A DNA stretch of 64,000 bases, from NCBI RefSeq assembly GCF_006345805.1, contig NC_043001.1:22816001-22880000 (forward strand). The letters run 5' to 3'. Each line of letters opens with the position of its first letter. Positions within the stretch are counted from its first letter, which is position 1. The position numbers were made by a program, and so were the translations under genes. Under the pieces are notes generated by a model. It was not told the origin of the DNA and did no database searches. It was given only the letters and a program-made list of their open reading frames with translations. Source of the stretch: Octopus sinensis (taxonomy: Eukaryota). Shown piece after piece: positions 23,276 through 35,663 of this stretch.

Positions 23276-24479
23276 ATATATATGTATATATATATATATC
23301 TTTACAATGACTGGCAAAAAATCAGATGAGGGGCAGTTTTTTTGTGAGTTCTGTCAATTATTCCAATCGACTTCTGAACTGATCCAAAGAGACATTCCAC
23401 TGAAGCTATACTTCAGATTTTAGCAATTAATTCTTCCGTTTAGTGTCACCACGTATCTCTATAGGAAAAGAAAAATGATATATGTGCACCAGTCTTTAAT
23501 ATTAATTGATTAGACTGACAAAATTAGTTGAGAAGTTGATTAGATGCATGTCATTAGTTACGTCCCTTTACATTCTTAATAAATAACGAACTTTCCTATA
23601 CCTTCATCCCGTTCAGGGTCGATAAAATATGTTCTAGCTGTTTTAAACCCCAGATCAGCCCTGTTCAAGCAAATCTGCGATCAGTGGTATTTTAACTAGG
23701 ACCACGCTGTTATTTTGGAGGGCATCTAGCACTACATTATATAATGTGTATTCGTTTCTTCTTTTTTTTTTTTTGAGATGATATCTTGTGATTTGAGGAG
23801 TATTTGACTGCGATATCAGCAAGTCGAACAGCCATGACGAAGTTCTTCCCCTTGGTTCAAAAAAGCATTCGTTAATTAAGGATTTTTATTAAACCAAAAT
23901 ATTTCTAAACTCGTGCCATATATAGAAATTGGTAACATGATATGTAAAAGAATAAATCGAAAAATCGAAGGTGTACTAAAACTGTGATTCTCAAAGGAAA
24001 TTACTGTCGTTTACCATTAGAAGATAAGGCTTCTGATTCATGAAAATATCTATATTAAGCATAACGGTAACATATTTCCCCAAGGTTTTATAAAATTATT
24101 AGCCAACTCATATATATCTACATCTCTATGGTTTCACCTCGTTATTCGAATCTCTGGTTACATTTAAGTGCAACTAGTTCTGTTAATTCAAATTACATTT
24201 CGCTAATTTTCTAGAACACCAGTCGTCACGAGACATTTCTGTCAAAATTATTGTGATATTTTACAACACAAGAGCGTTGCAATAGCTTTTCCTTCAAGCA
24301 GAGCAATCCAACATTGCCAGATTTGGCTCTCATAAGGAACAATTTAAGCTTTTGCACATAACTACATTATAAATATTTCTCTGGTTCTTCTTTACCTCAC
24401 TCCTGAGTCTGGAGGAAAAGGCTGAGCTCATGACATTTTCAGGCCCACTGAGACTGGTGAAGTTGATGGCGCTAATGTT

Positions 24480-25340
24480 CCGTTTGAGCTATTGCAGGTC
24501 AACATCTGTAAAAAAAGACGAGCGAGGAGAAGGTTCCAGAAGGCCGATACTATAAACATGAAATATTAGCTACACTAGCTAGTGCGGGTAAACGGGGTTG
24601 GACACATCAAGGGCGACGAGAGTTGGAGAAACGTGCGAGTCAGTGGGGCCTGACTGGTTGGGGTAGGAGATCTGCTGACTTCGAGGAACAGAAGCAAGAA
24701 TAGTAGCGATAGAAAAAAAAACAGAGAAAGGAGACAGCATGCCTATGGACCAGGAGCTGGAGTATTTTCGTTAGTGAAGGAGTACCAATCAGCGGGGTGG
24801 TCCTTCTGTGGTTACGATTTTAGACGCTAATGTGCTTAGCAGTAGCAGAATAGTACCACATGTAGGAGTAGATCTCCATTATGGACCTCACTTGAACTTT
24901 ATACAATGTTAGCAATTACTAGGGGCTGAAATATCTTCTGGCTCTGATGAAAAGTTTAGTCTTGAGGATGCTGTCCTAGCTGTGCGAAGGATGTGTTTTC
25001 GCCAGGAGAGAACCTTGGCGATATGAGGTCCAATATTTGGAGCGACTACGAGGGCTCTAACTAAGTACCGCTCCTGTTTAGAGGGGATGGTGATCAGTGA
25101 TTAATTTGATCAGTGATTGAGGCCATACCAAGAAGCAAACTTGGTATGGCTTCACTGGAAGATGGAACCGATGCAGGATTGGGGTCCGGTGTCCAGACTG
25201 CGTGTGAATGAAGCATGGTTAGAGAAGATTAGGGAGGAATAAAAAGTCCCATGTTATCTGTATAAAAGCTGGACGAAGGCCATTTGATGTGTAGAAGGAA
25301 AAGATAGGGACACATACCAGAGAATGGGACAAAAAAAAAA
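24480..25340 (-). pseudogene. Old CR1/Jockey-group LINE RT fragment
   Basis: Minus-strand remnants P.LFLLHI..FYTDN (YADD-like) and YKVQVRSIME.YS.MW (YK..VRP.MEYCS.IW-like). Confidence 0.5.
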
Positions 25341-25638
25341 AAAAGCTCATCAAGACTTGCGATCTGGTAGGAACGATCGATCCAAGAGAAAGTGCTAAGA
25401 TAGTAAGGTGTGATTTACTGGAGATCTGGTTGCTATTTCTAGCAAGGTGAGCAACTATGTAGACGGTCCTTCATTGGTTCGTTGTTTAATAGTGTACACA
25501 AGCAACAATATATATCTACTACAATAGGAAAACAGTTAATAGGTAGTACAACCCTGCAGTACCTATTTATAGTCAAGTTTACCGCACAGTTGGAGAGGCC
25601 TGGTCAAGGGTACAGCGTAAACAGTAGATGGATTATAC

Positions 25639-25684
<46 letters not shown>

Positions 25685-27101
25685 TTTGAGGGAATGGAGG
25701 TGGGGGAAAGATAGTGCGTCAGTGATAAAGTGTGTGGTCTAGAATGTACACGTGTGAATAAATAATTATGAAATAAATAATTAGTTGTAATGCTTTATAT
25801 AGCAAACTGAAAGATATAGTAATATCAACATTCCTGATTTGATTTTTCTAATATTTTGGTTTTTATATTATCTTCCCAGTAGTAAAATATAAAACGCATT
25901 CAATAAGATTAAGACGAGTATTGTTAATAAAACAATCTCAAAAAAAAAAAAAATGTTGTGGTTCTACAGAATACCTGCAACAACAACCCGAAGGAACAGA
26001 GTAAATTACTTCTCTTGCTATTCAATTATTTCAACTTGGTTAAGCGTTAATAAAACATTCTAGACATAAATTAAAGCCTGTCCGCGTTTTCAGACTCGTT
26101 CGTTTAAACGTTTTCTCAATCCATTAACAAAACTTGACAAGCGTTAATGTTGACTGTATGGTTAAGAACACGAAACATTGCTGTTAGCTAGTTTAATCAA
26201 CTGAACTTTCCTTTTAGACATCAAGAATCCAGCGGTACGAAAAAGTTAACCCATTTTCCTGTTTTGCTGTAAAACACAGATTTCGTTGAAGAATTTTGAT
26301 AAGCTAAAAAAAGCCATTTGGACTAGATATCTAACAAGTCCTTATTTGTAAATTGGTGAAGTGAAAATATCCAGTAAATTTTCGTCAGTGAATAATAGAT
26401 GATAAAAATTAATCGCCAATTTTGATAACTTATTTTGGCCGTATAATTAGGTTTAAAAGTTTTGTTATATCTATGAATGTACGTAGATAGAAGAATTCAT
26501 TGTCTGTCTAATATGGTTGGTTTGTAAACCATGTTTTTGCTGCTTAAAATAACTCCACGTTATTATCAAAAGATCTAAATTTAGTTCCAAGAAAAAATAT
26601 AAGATCTTTTGTCTCCATGTTTCCTCTGTACAGCAAGGAAATTCTTTCTATATTTTGGTTCTCAGAAAGTCTACAGTGACGAAAAAAGTTTTTGGCTTCA
26701 TACATACTCATTGGGAAACTTTATTTTACATAAATTTAGATAGAAACTAACTTCAAAATGAATTTCAACCGTTAAATATTTAGTTTCACTATTTTATTTA
26801 AAACCTACTTTTATTGACCGATGCATTTCAAGTGAATTATTTTGATTATATTTTCATTTAAAAATAGCATAATATTCTTCCTGTATTAAAAATTTCTACA
26901 TGTGACATGTTAATATGGATGTGACCAACAAAACTTCTGTGTTTACTGAGCTACACAAATCCTGCCGAGGTCATCTTTGCCTTATATCCTTTCAGGGTCG
27001 ATAAAATAAAGTACCAGTCAAGTACTTGAGTCGATATAATTGACAAACACCCCCAACTAAAATTACTGGCTTTACGCCAAAGTTTAAACCATTATTATTA
27101 A

Positions 27102-27164
<63 letters not shown>

Positions 27165-27165
27165 A

Positions 27166-28108
27166 TCATTCTTCCGTAGTTTTATTTTTATAGTGTGCTT
27201 TCACTTCACTACCGAGCGCAGCTCTGTGTGCCTTGGGTGTGTGCTGTGATTTGTTGTGATGCTCTGATGGTTATTGTATGGAAAGTGTTCTGCGTAGGAT
27301 GTGTGCAGTGCCTAGTAGTGCAATTTTCTGTATGTTATATGTGTTTGTAAGTCCTGGTGTTTTTATTATGTATTTGTCTGAATATTTTTTTTTATCATAC
27401 CTATGCACCTACTATGATAGGAATTGTTTCTGTTTTTAGATTCCACATTCTGGTTACCTCTATTTCCAGGTCTTTGTATTTTGAAAGTTTCTCCATTTCT
27501 TTTAGAGACACGTTGTCATCTGCCGGTATTGATACATCAATTAGAAAGCATTTTTTTTCTTCATGATCTCTGACAACTATATTTGGCCTATTGGCCTTAA
27601 TTTCTCTATCTGTGTGTATTGGCATATCCCAGAGTATGGTTGCTTTCTCGTTTTCTGTGACCTTTTCTGGCGTGTGCCTATACCACCTTTTTTCTGTTAT
27701 TATTCCATAGTGTTGGCATAGCTTCCAGTGTATGGAGGTCTCAGCTCAGTCGTGTCTGTGAATATATTCCTTCTTAGCCAGGACTGGGCAGCCAGAGAAA
27801 ATATGATTTATTGTTTCTTGTCCATCTCCACATATTCTGCAGTTGCTTGTTATATTTCTTTTCATTACATGTTTTTGGTAATTTCTGGTGGGGAGGCTTT
27901 GGTCTTGTGCTGCAATTAAAAATCCCTCTGTCTCTGTTTTGAGTCCTGAGCTTCACAACCATTGCTGGGATTTTTCTTTGTCTATTTCTTTTGCATTTAG
28001 TTTAGTCCAGTATTTACCATGAAGGGGCTTTTCTTGCCATCGTTTTATCATGGTTCTTAGCTGTTCTAGTTTCAGTTTGGATTTCATTTGTTTTATAGCC
28101 TTTGTTGT
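27166..28108 (-). mobile_element. Dong/R4-clade LINE 3' portion (CCHC plus REL endonuclease) in (TAA)n
   Basis: KPLHGKY, ETEGFLIAAQDQSLPTRNY, CRICG...HIFSGC, WDMPIHTDREIKANRP.IVV...LIDVSIP...EK.SKYKDL; 3' end abuts (TTA)n, the known Dong target. Confidence 0.88.
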
Positions 28109-28295
28109 TTCTTCTTCTTCTTCTTCTTCTTCTTCTTCTTCTTTTCTCTTCTTCTTCTTCTTCTCTTCTTCTTCTTCTTCTTCTTCTTCTTCTTCTTCTT
28201 CTTCTTCTTTCTTCTTCTTATTATTATTATTATATTATTATTATTATTATTATTATTATATTATTATTATTATATTATTATTATTATCATCATTA
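28108..28295. repeat. Compound (TTC)n-(TTA)n microsatellite
   Basis: Seen directly. Confidence 0.95.
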
Positions 28296-28310
28296 TGTTC
28301 GAGGAGAAGA

Positions 28311-28520
28311 CGGCGAACTGACAGAATCGTTAGCAAGCTGGGCGGAAAGCTTAGCGGTATTTCGCCTGTCGCTACGTTCTTAGTTCAAATTCCGCCAAGG
28401 TCGATTTTGCCTTTCTTCCTCCCGGGGTCGATAAAATAAATAACAAGTTGATCACTGGGTTTGATGTAATCGACTCATCCCCACCTCCCCCAAGCTGCTC
28501 TTGTGGCAAAAATTTGAAAT
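28311..28520 (+). mobile_element. SINE family A
   Basis: Head and core. Confidence 0.8.
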
Positions 28521-28849
28521 AATTATTATGTTCTAGGAGAGTGGAAGTGTTTCCAGCAGCATTCCGTTGAAGGATTTTATTTACCGTGTCTGTACTTTAC
28601 GTATTTATTTACTTTTTAATTATTGTTACGGGTTGGAACATTTGAGTATCCACCCAGTTTACTTTGAGCTGAAAAAATAAGTTTGTTGGATATTTTTGAT
28701 TTATTTTGTTTTTAAATATTAGTTTGTTCGCGTAATGGCATGTTTTCTTCATCTGGTGATTACACTCCTGAGAATTTTAATTCATGTTTTTGTTTAAAAA
28801 CATGGATTTAAAAAAAAAATAGAAACAGAAGGAAAAGTGTAATGCCTAA

Positions 28850-29500
28850 ACATGTAAACGCAGACGATTCGCACTACATCGGGGAATGTTATATACCCAA
28901 ATGGCAACGAACAACGAAAACAATAACGAAGGTGGTTAATATTTTTCCCAAGTTACCTACGAAAAAGTAATTGTGAATATAGGCCATCTCTTGAAAAAAA
29001 AATGTGGAACAGATTTATTACACATTCTACCTCTTTTTCTGATGGTTTTATTGAAGAAAAAGATTAGTTAGGAACATAAATCTGCCTCTCAAAAAAGCCG
29101 GAGAGTGTTTCAGTATACTCTCACTTTTAAAAGAAGCTCTGGCTGATACATAGAATACTGTAGTTTCCATCGACCGTGAAGAGCTTATGGGACTATATGT
29201 CTGGTCTTCAAGACGGAGAACGAAGCAAAGTGACAAACTGAATTGATGCCTCATCAATATATGGATCAGCGAAACATAAGGATCATTGCTAGAAATACTG
29301 GTAGTGATATTGACTTCTGAATCGTTGTCACCTCTGTAACAAAGTACGAACAAGTGGCAAATACTGAAGTGACCATGAAATGGCAGGTGGACTTGTGGTC
29401 TCAGTATGGATATGGAGGTCACAAATCGATCTAAGAGATGTACCTTATTAAGAAAGAAAGAAAAGCGACAAAACTGGTTGTGAAAGGAACAGAATCTAAC
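28850..29500 (+). pseudogene. Possible highly decayed piggyBac-like transposase relic
   Basis: Only weak scattered resemblance (Y.F.F...F, CPL..K..G.F, YGYGGH...KRQ); unverified. Confidence 0.25.
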
Positions 29501-29571
29501 TGGTATATATGTAGCAGTAAGAACAGTACTTATATATAGCAGTATATTCTGCCTTGAGAAGCCGAGAAAGC

Positions 29572-29620
<49 letters not shown>

Positions 29621-30070
29621 GAATAGTAACTGAAGCAGTAACGTCATCACCAGACCCTAGAAACTTCTATCTTCAGAAATCCACCGGTGCCAGCTCCAAA
29701 AATGGCCGAAAAATGATTTGTTTAATGAAAAAGTTTCATCGTCAATTACAATGGATTACTTTGCGGCATATGAAATTTTTATTTTGTAGACGTTTATTTA
29801 ACTTTAAAAATTGTTTATTTACCAATTGTTAAGTATTTCTTTGTATGAGACAGTAGTGAAATGCAATATCCACAAACGTGATACCACCTATCACATCCCA
29901 ATGAAAAAAGAAAAAAACGAAAAAATATTATTAGATAACATAAAATGACAAATGTAAAGAAAATTAACGACCAAAGCAAGCAGATACAGCAAACAATCAG
30001 ATTTCAACAAATGAGAAAAAAATCTATTCTTTATAATGTTAGTAGCAAAGTAGGAATTTTACCAACATTG

Positions 30071-30906
30071 GGCCGCAGGAGTGGCCGCTGTGTGGTAAGT
30101 AGCTTGCTAACCAACCGCATGGTTCCGGGTTCAGATCTACGGCGTGGCACCTTGGGCGAGTGTCTTCTGCTATAGCCTCGGGTCGACCAAAGCCTTGTGA
30201 GTGGATTTGGTAGATGGAAACTGAAATAAGCCCGTCGTATATATTTATATATATATGTATGTGTGTGTGTGTGTGTGTGTCTGTGTTTGTCCCCTCACAA
30301 CTGATGCTGGTGTGTTTTTGTCCCCGTAACTTAGCGGTTAAGCAAAAGTGACGATAGAATAAGTACTAGGCTTCCAAAGAATAAGTCCTGGGTAGATTTG
30401 CTCGACTAAAGGCGGTGCTCCAGCATGGCCGCAGTCAAATGACTGAAACAAGTAAAAGAATAAAAGAATTGCAAGTCGAAAAGAATTATGTGGTATAGAA
30501 CAACCCTTAGAAAAGATAAAGGTACGAGAGGGATATGATGTAAAGAACAACGTTTTCTTGTTTTTAGAATTCATTGCAGAAGTGAAAAAAAAAAGGACTT
30601 GTATACTCCAATCTTTCTTTAAACTGACAGAGCTTCATCATGCCCTAAAAGCAACAACTGGAAGTAACCCTGACCGATGTCCTTTTATTCTTTTATTCTT
30701 TTACTTGTTTCAGTCATTTGGCTGCGGCCATGCTGGAGCACCGCCTTTAATCGAGCAAATCGACCCCAGGGTTTATTCTTTGTAAGCCCAGTACTTATTC
30801 TATCGGTCTCTTTTGCCGAACCGTTAAGTTACGGGGACGTAAACACACCAACATCGGTTGTCAAGCGATGTTGGGGGGACAGCCACACAAACATACACAC
30901 ACACAA

Positions 30907-30973
<67 letters not shown>

Positions 30974-31150
30974 GCATATACATATACGACGGGCTTCTTT
31001 CAGTTTCCGTCTACCAAATTCACTCACAAGGCTTTGGTTGGCCCGAGGCTATAGTAGAAGACACTTGCCCAAGGTGCCACGCAGTAGGATTGAACCCAGG
31101 ACCATGTGGTTGGTATGCAAGCTACTTACCACACAGCCACTCCTGCGCCT
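30071..31150. mobile_element. Convergent pair of SINE B copies (30071-30467 plus, 30684-31150 minus)
   Basis: Both near full length, ~215 bp apart. Confidence 0.88.
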
Positions 31151-31447
31151 ATGTGTACACAATACTTTCTCTTTCGGCCGAGGTAGAGCCAACAGAACCG
31201 TATATACACTTTTCAAAACTGAAGACAACACGAAAAATATGTACTGGTGGGTTACACATATATTCAAATGTTCGTTTCCATTTACTTGATGGTGCTTTGC
31301 AAAGATTTCAGAAACGGACGTTGATATATAGCTCGTGTCTACTATCGTGGTACAACACAGAAAGGCACTGCACCGTAAAAGTATATGTCCAAGTGACTCC
31401 TAAAGATCAATGATCCATTTATAGAAGCCCACAAAAGTGAACACGAG

Positions 31448-31685
31448 TCTTCTTCTTCTTCTTCTTCTTCTTCTTCTTCTTCTTCTTCTTCTTCTTCTTC
31501 TTCTTCTTCTTCTTCTTCTTCTTCTTCTTCTCTTCTTCTTCTTCTTCTTCTTCTTCTTCCTCCTCCTCCTCTGCTTCCTCTTCTTCTTCTTCTTCCTCCT
31601 CCTCTGCTTCCTCTTCTTCTGCTTCCTCTTCTTCTTCTTCTTCTTCTTCTTCTTCTTCTTCTTCTTCTTCTTTTCTTCTTCTTCT
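31448..31685. repeat. (CTT)n/(CCT)n polypyrimidine tract
   Basis: Seen directly. Confidence 0.95.
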
Positions 31686-32864
31686 ACACACATGCTTTTG
31701 TATTTTTATATATATATATATTTTGCTATCCAAATTTTTTTGTTATTTAAGCAACCAGTAAAACATATCATTTTTCAGTTTGTAAACGGCTATTTGAAGC
31801 TAGAAACTCATTAAAACACAGTAACTCACAGTAAACATTATTATTAAAATAAAAATTAACCCCACCCAAAAAGCCATTTCTACTCATTTTTCAAATGAAT
31901 ATGTATAAACCCTGAGACTACCGGTGCAAAGCAGAAATTTTAGCTGCTACTCCTGCGACAGTAAAGACCATACGAGTGCTTTTAAGCCCAGAGAAGGTCG
32001 TAAGAGCAACAACATGAAAAACGATAAAATGAGCTGCTATTCTCAGTCGTAGCTGCATTCAGAATGCCAATGAAGGGCTTTAGGTGCCTATCTATGATAG
32101 ACGGGGAGATTTATCTCTCATTTTTTTTTCACGCCAAGAAAACGGAAACAAGTTGTGGCCCTCAAGTCCTTGGCACAACATATTATTTTCTTAGCAAAAT
32201 AGACAAGATTTGCAGTTATATCGAAAGTAATAAATCTACTTCAACGAAGAGAAAGCTTGATTATATTTCTGCGAGGCAACGCGAAAATAAAAAAAAAGCA
32301 AAACATTAATGCCAATTATTGTTTTCTGTTAGATTTTATGACGTCTCTGGTAATTAAGCTCTCTTGGACATATCTAGAGAATTTATAATATTGGCAAGAA
32401 TGGTGCTAACACCGTCGGTTATGGCTGCTAGAGAATAATTAAAGAGTTTTCTAGAGTAATAAAACGAATATTTCTTGAAATTCTATAGAACAGATGGATG
32501 AGAGAAATAGTACTATAAACTAAAAACAGACTCTAAACATGAATGAAATCTATCTGTCTGTCTGTTTTTCTGTTCACCATCTGTCGATTTATCTGTCTAA
32601 TCCATTGCTTAATTTAACCATCCCTCAAAAATATATTCATTTATTTACATGTTTATCGGTCAATTTATTAATTTCCCATGATGACCACCGATAACACTTT
32701 AACAGTGCTATCTTCTAACATTCCATTGAAGCCGCTGATAAAAATATGGTTAACAAACACTACGTCTCTGTTTCAGTTTTTTACTGTAATTAATGATTCG
32801 TTACTCTGAAACAAGGAATATTCAGTATAATGGAAGGTCAAAGCTGATATCTCTGAAGGATATA

Positions 32865-33347
32865 TACTCTTTACTATTTTACTCTTTTACTTGTTTCAGT
32901 CATTTGACTGTGGCCATGCTGGAGCACCGCCTTTAGTCGAGCAAATCGACCCCAGGACGTCTTCTTTCGAAGCCTAGTACTTATTCTATCAGTCTCTGTT
33001 GCCGAACCGCTAAGTTATGGGGACGTAACACACCAGCATCGGTTGTCAAGCGATGTTGGGGGGGGGGAAACGCAGACACACAAACGTATACACACACACA
33101 CACACATATATATACATATATACGACGGGCTTCTTTCAGTTTCCGTCTACCAAATCCACTCACAAGGCTTTGGTCGGCCCGAGGCTATAGTAGAACACAC
33201 CTGCCCAACGTGCCACGCAGTGGGACTGAACCCGGAACCATGTGGTTGTAAGCAAGAAGCAAGCTACTTACTATACAGCCACTCCTACGCCTATAACCAC
33301 ACAGCCACTCCTACGCCTATTACCACACAGCCACTCCTACGCCTATA
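32865..33347 (-). mobile_element. SINE family B with triplicated 5' end
   Basis: 26-bp unit accacacagccactcctacgcctata x3 at 33270-33347. Confidence 0.88.
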
Positions 33348-33534
33348 TAACAATCCTATGCGTACTACACACACACATACAACACACACACACATACAAC
33401 ACACACACACACACACACCTGCTGGGTTAGCCAACTGAGTGGCATCATTCAAAAGCTAAATCAATGTGAGGAAGCGCATTGTAATTAGCGATGTATAATT
33501 ATATTCGATAAGCTGGTCGATACTGTGATATATA

Positions 33535-34372
33535 CAGGGTATCCCCAAATTAAGAGAACCAACTTTTTTCAATTTTGCCAAGCAAAATATTGTTATATTT
33601 CGGGTCCGAGCGAAAGGACTTATATACTCATATATACTCAGAAAGGACACAACCACATTTATTCGATGTGACCACCTCTGTTTTGAATCACTGCCTTAAG
33701 TCTTAGTGCGAGTGCTTCACACGCAGCTGTTCTTGCGGAATCGAAGCCCATTCCTGGCACAGTTTTGCCTTCAGAGCGTCGAGCAAGCATGAGGAGTGCT
33801 CGAGACCCTCCTCTCCAAAATAAAACCAAAAAGAAAAATTCCAAAGGGTTGAGATCAGGGCATCTTGAGGGCCATACATCCTTGCCTATGAACGACGGAA
33901 TGTTTTTCTCTCCGGTCTTATGGCCTTATAAACTTGCGTGAGCTCACGACGGCGGATTATCTTGTAGGGGTGGGTCCTGAGATACTCCTTTAGCACTCGA
34001 TACATCAGTTTTTCTGACGGAAGGACGAGGATTTCGACGTATTTTTTCTCTGGCACTTTTGATAAGCTGAGAAGTTTGCACACTTCTTTTTCAGCCACGT
34101 CCGGTCGATCGACGGTGGAACCAGTCTCTTGAAATTCCTTGACAATTTTTCAGGCTGTTGTTTGTTTAATCTTAAGCTTTTTTCTGTAGCTGTATTACTT
34201 TTGCCTCTTTTTTGGAAGGTTATGATTGTATTTCGGTCTATAGCCATTATCTGATTTATAAACCTAAATTTATTTAGTTTGAAACAAAAAGAATACACAC
34301 TAAGCTTTTATAACGATGTATAATTTTCATATCTTATCACATTTATTGATAGTTATTAAAACCCGAAACTTC
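33535..34372 (-). mobile_element. Decayed Tc1/mariner superfamily element (maT/Bmmar1-like), internally deleted
   Basis: TA followed by a cagggtatcccc terminus; minus-strand WPSRCPDLNPLEF, ACEALALRLKAVIQNRGGHIE* and an N-terminal HTH remnant. Confidence 0.7.
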
Positions 34373-34374
34373 GG

Positions 34375-34473
<99 letters not shown>

Positions 34474-34692
34474 GTATGTATGTATGTATGTATGTATGTA
34501 TGTATGTATGTATGTATGAATGTATGTCATTATTCAGTTTTATTTCCAGATTTCTTGCCAGTAGAGAAAGATCCGGTTTCTAACCTAGATCCAAGGTTCC
34601 TTCATTGGAATTTCAACATCATCAACAGGGTACTTTTGTATGTATGTATGTATGTATGTATGTATGTATGTATGTATGTATGTATGTATGTA

Positions 34693-35060
34693 CACTTGCG
34701 TCAGAAATTAATTAGCACTTCTCAAATTTCTACATTAAATAGGTTAAATCAATTAACCTATGAGCTGTTCAAAACGTCTACGCGATGAGAAAACTTAGTA
34801 TGGTATTTCAGTCCTTGCGAGGCTACTATATCTATTAAAGAAGGAAGATTGTCTGCATCCGCACTCCAAGTTGTTGCACTGCTATGTCAACATCATAAGG
34901 CTGTAGACTCTCAAACTGCTCTGCAAACAAAGTTACGTCATCGTTCTGCGCAACAGTGAACTCGCAACAAAGCAATAGTTCGAGATATGGCCACTAGGTG
35001 ACAGCACATACCTTGAGTGAAGAGCAAATCAAGGGTTCTAATTAATTTCTGACGGTAGTG
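34693..35060. mobile_element. Tc1/mariner-type MITE, 368 bp, in (TATG)n
   Basis: TIRs cacttgcgtcagaaattaattag / ctaattaatttctgacggtagtg; TA on both sides. Confidence 0.85.
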
Positions 35061-35141
35061 TATGTATGTATGTATGTATGTTTTGTTTTATGTATGTATT
35101 CTCATGCATATAGTTACATATCTAGACATGTTCATATATAT

Positions 35142-35552
35142 TTAAATGATAAACTTCTGGTAACTTGCACAGATTTTTACAGTTCCAGTGATGGGGTGGA
35201 TGTGTAGTCTTCGAATTAGCTGTCTCCGTTCTGGTTTTGAGAAGCCTAATTTCTCAAGATTGGTATTTAGGCAGTGTGTTACATATCCCAGTGCCCTAAT
35301 AATTACAGATATAAACCTGAACTTGTAATTTGGACAGAGTAACTGCAGATTTCTCGATAGTTCAGAGTAGGTGTTCTTTTTTCCACTGATCTTCAGCTTT
35401 ATATTAACATCCGCTGGGCAGCTAATTTCCACAACTGTGCACAGTTTCTCTTCTCAATCCCAAATCAGTATATCAGGTCTGTTGTGCTTACAGTTTATTG
35501 AGGTTTTCATTGGGACATTCCACCAGTATTCCTTTTTATTATGAGTGGCTAT
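35142..35552 (-). pseudogene. R4/Dong-type REL endonuclease fragment (different family from 27 kb)
   Basis: YWWNVP...HNRPDILIWD...VEISCPAD.N...K...YSEL...VII.ALG. Confidence 0.75.
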
Positions 35553-35629
35553 GGTTTAAAGGTATCTATTAGGCTATAAACAGAAAAAGAAGACAACACA
35601 ATAGGGACAAGATTTAACAAGCGCAGTAG

Positions 35630-35663
35630 TTTGATGTTTCGGACGCTAGTCCTTCATCAAAAA
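35630..35663 (-). ncRNA. Minimal PLE-type hammerhead-like motif, decayed
   Basis: Reverse complement reads ttt TTGATGA a ggac-tagc-gtcc GAAAC ATC aaa; lies in a ~500-bp pLTR-like segment (35553-~36100). Confidence 0.55.

Noticed and set aside
29048-29650. 200-aa minus-strand ORF
   Set aside because: Starts within (GA)n, has no recognisable domain, and is probably antisense to a decayed transposon.
31400-31814. Poly-E/K/R ORFs, and the many YIYI, HTHT, CVCV and poly-I/L ORFs elsewhere
   Set aside because: Translations of microsatellites.
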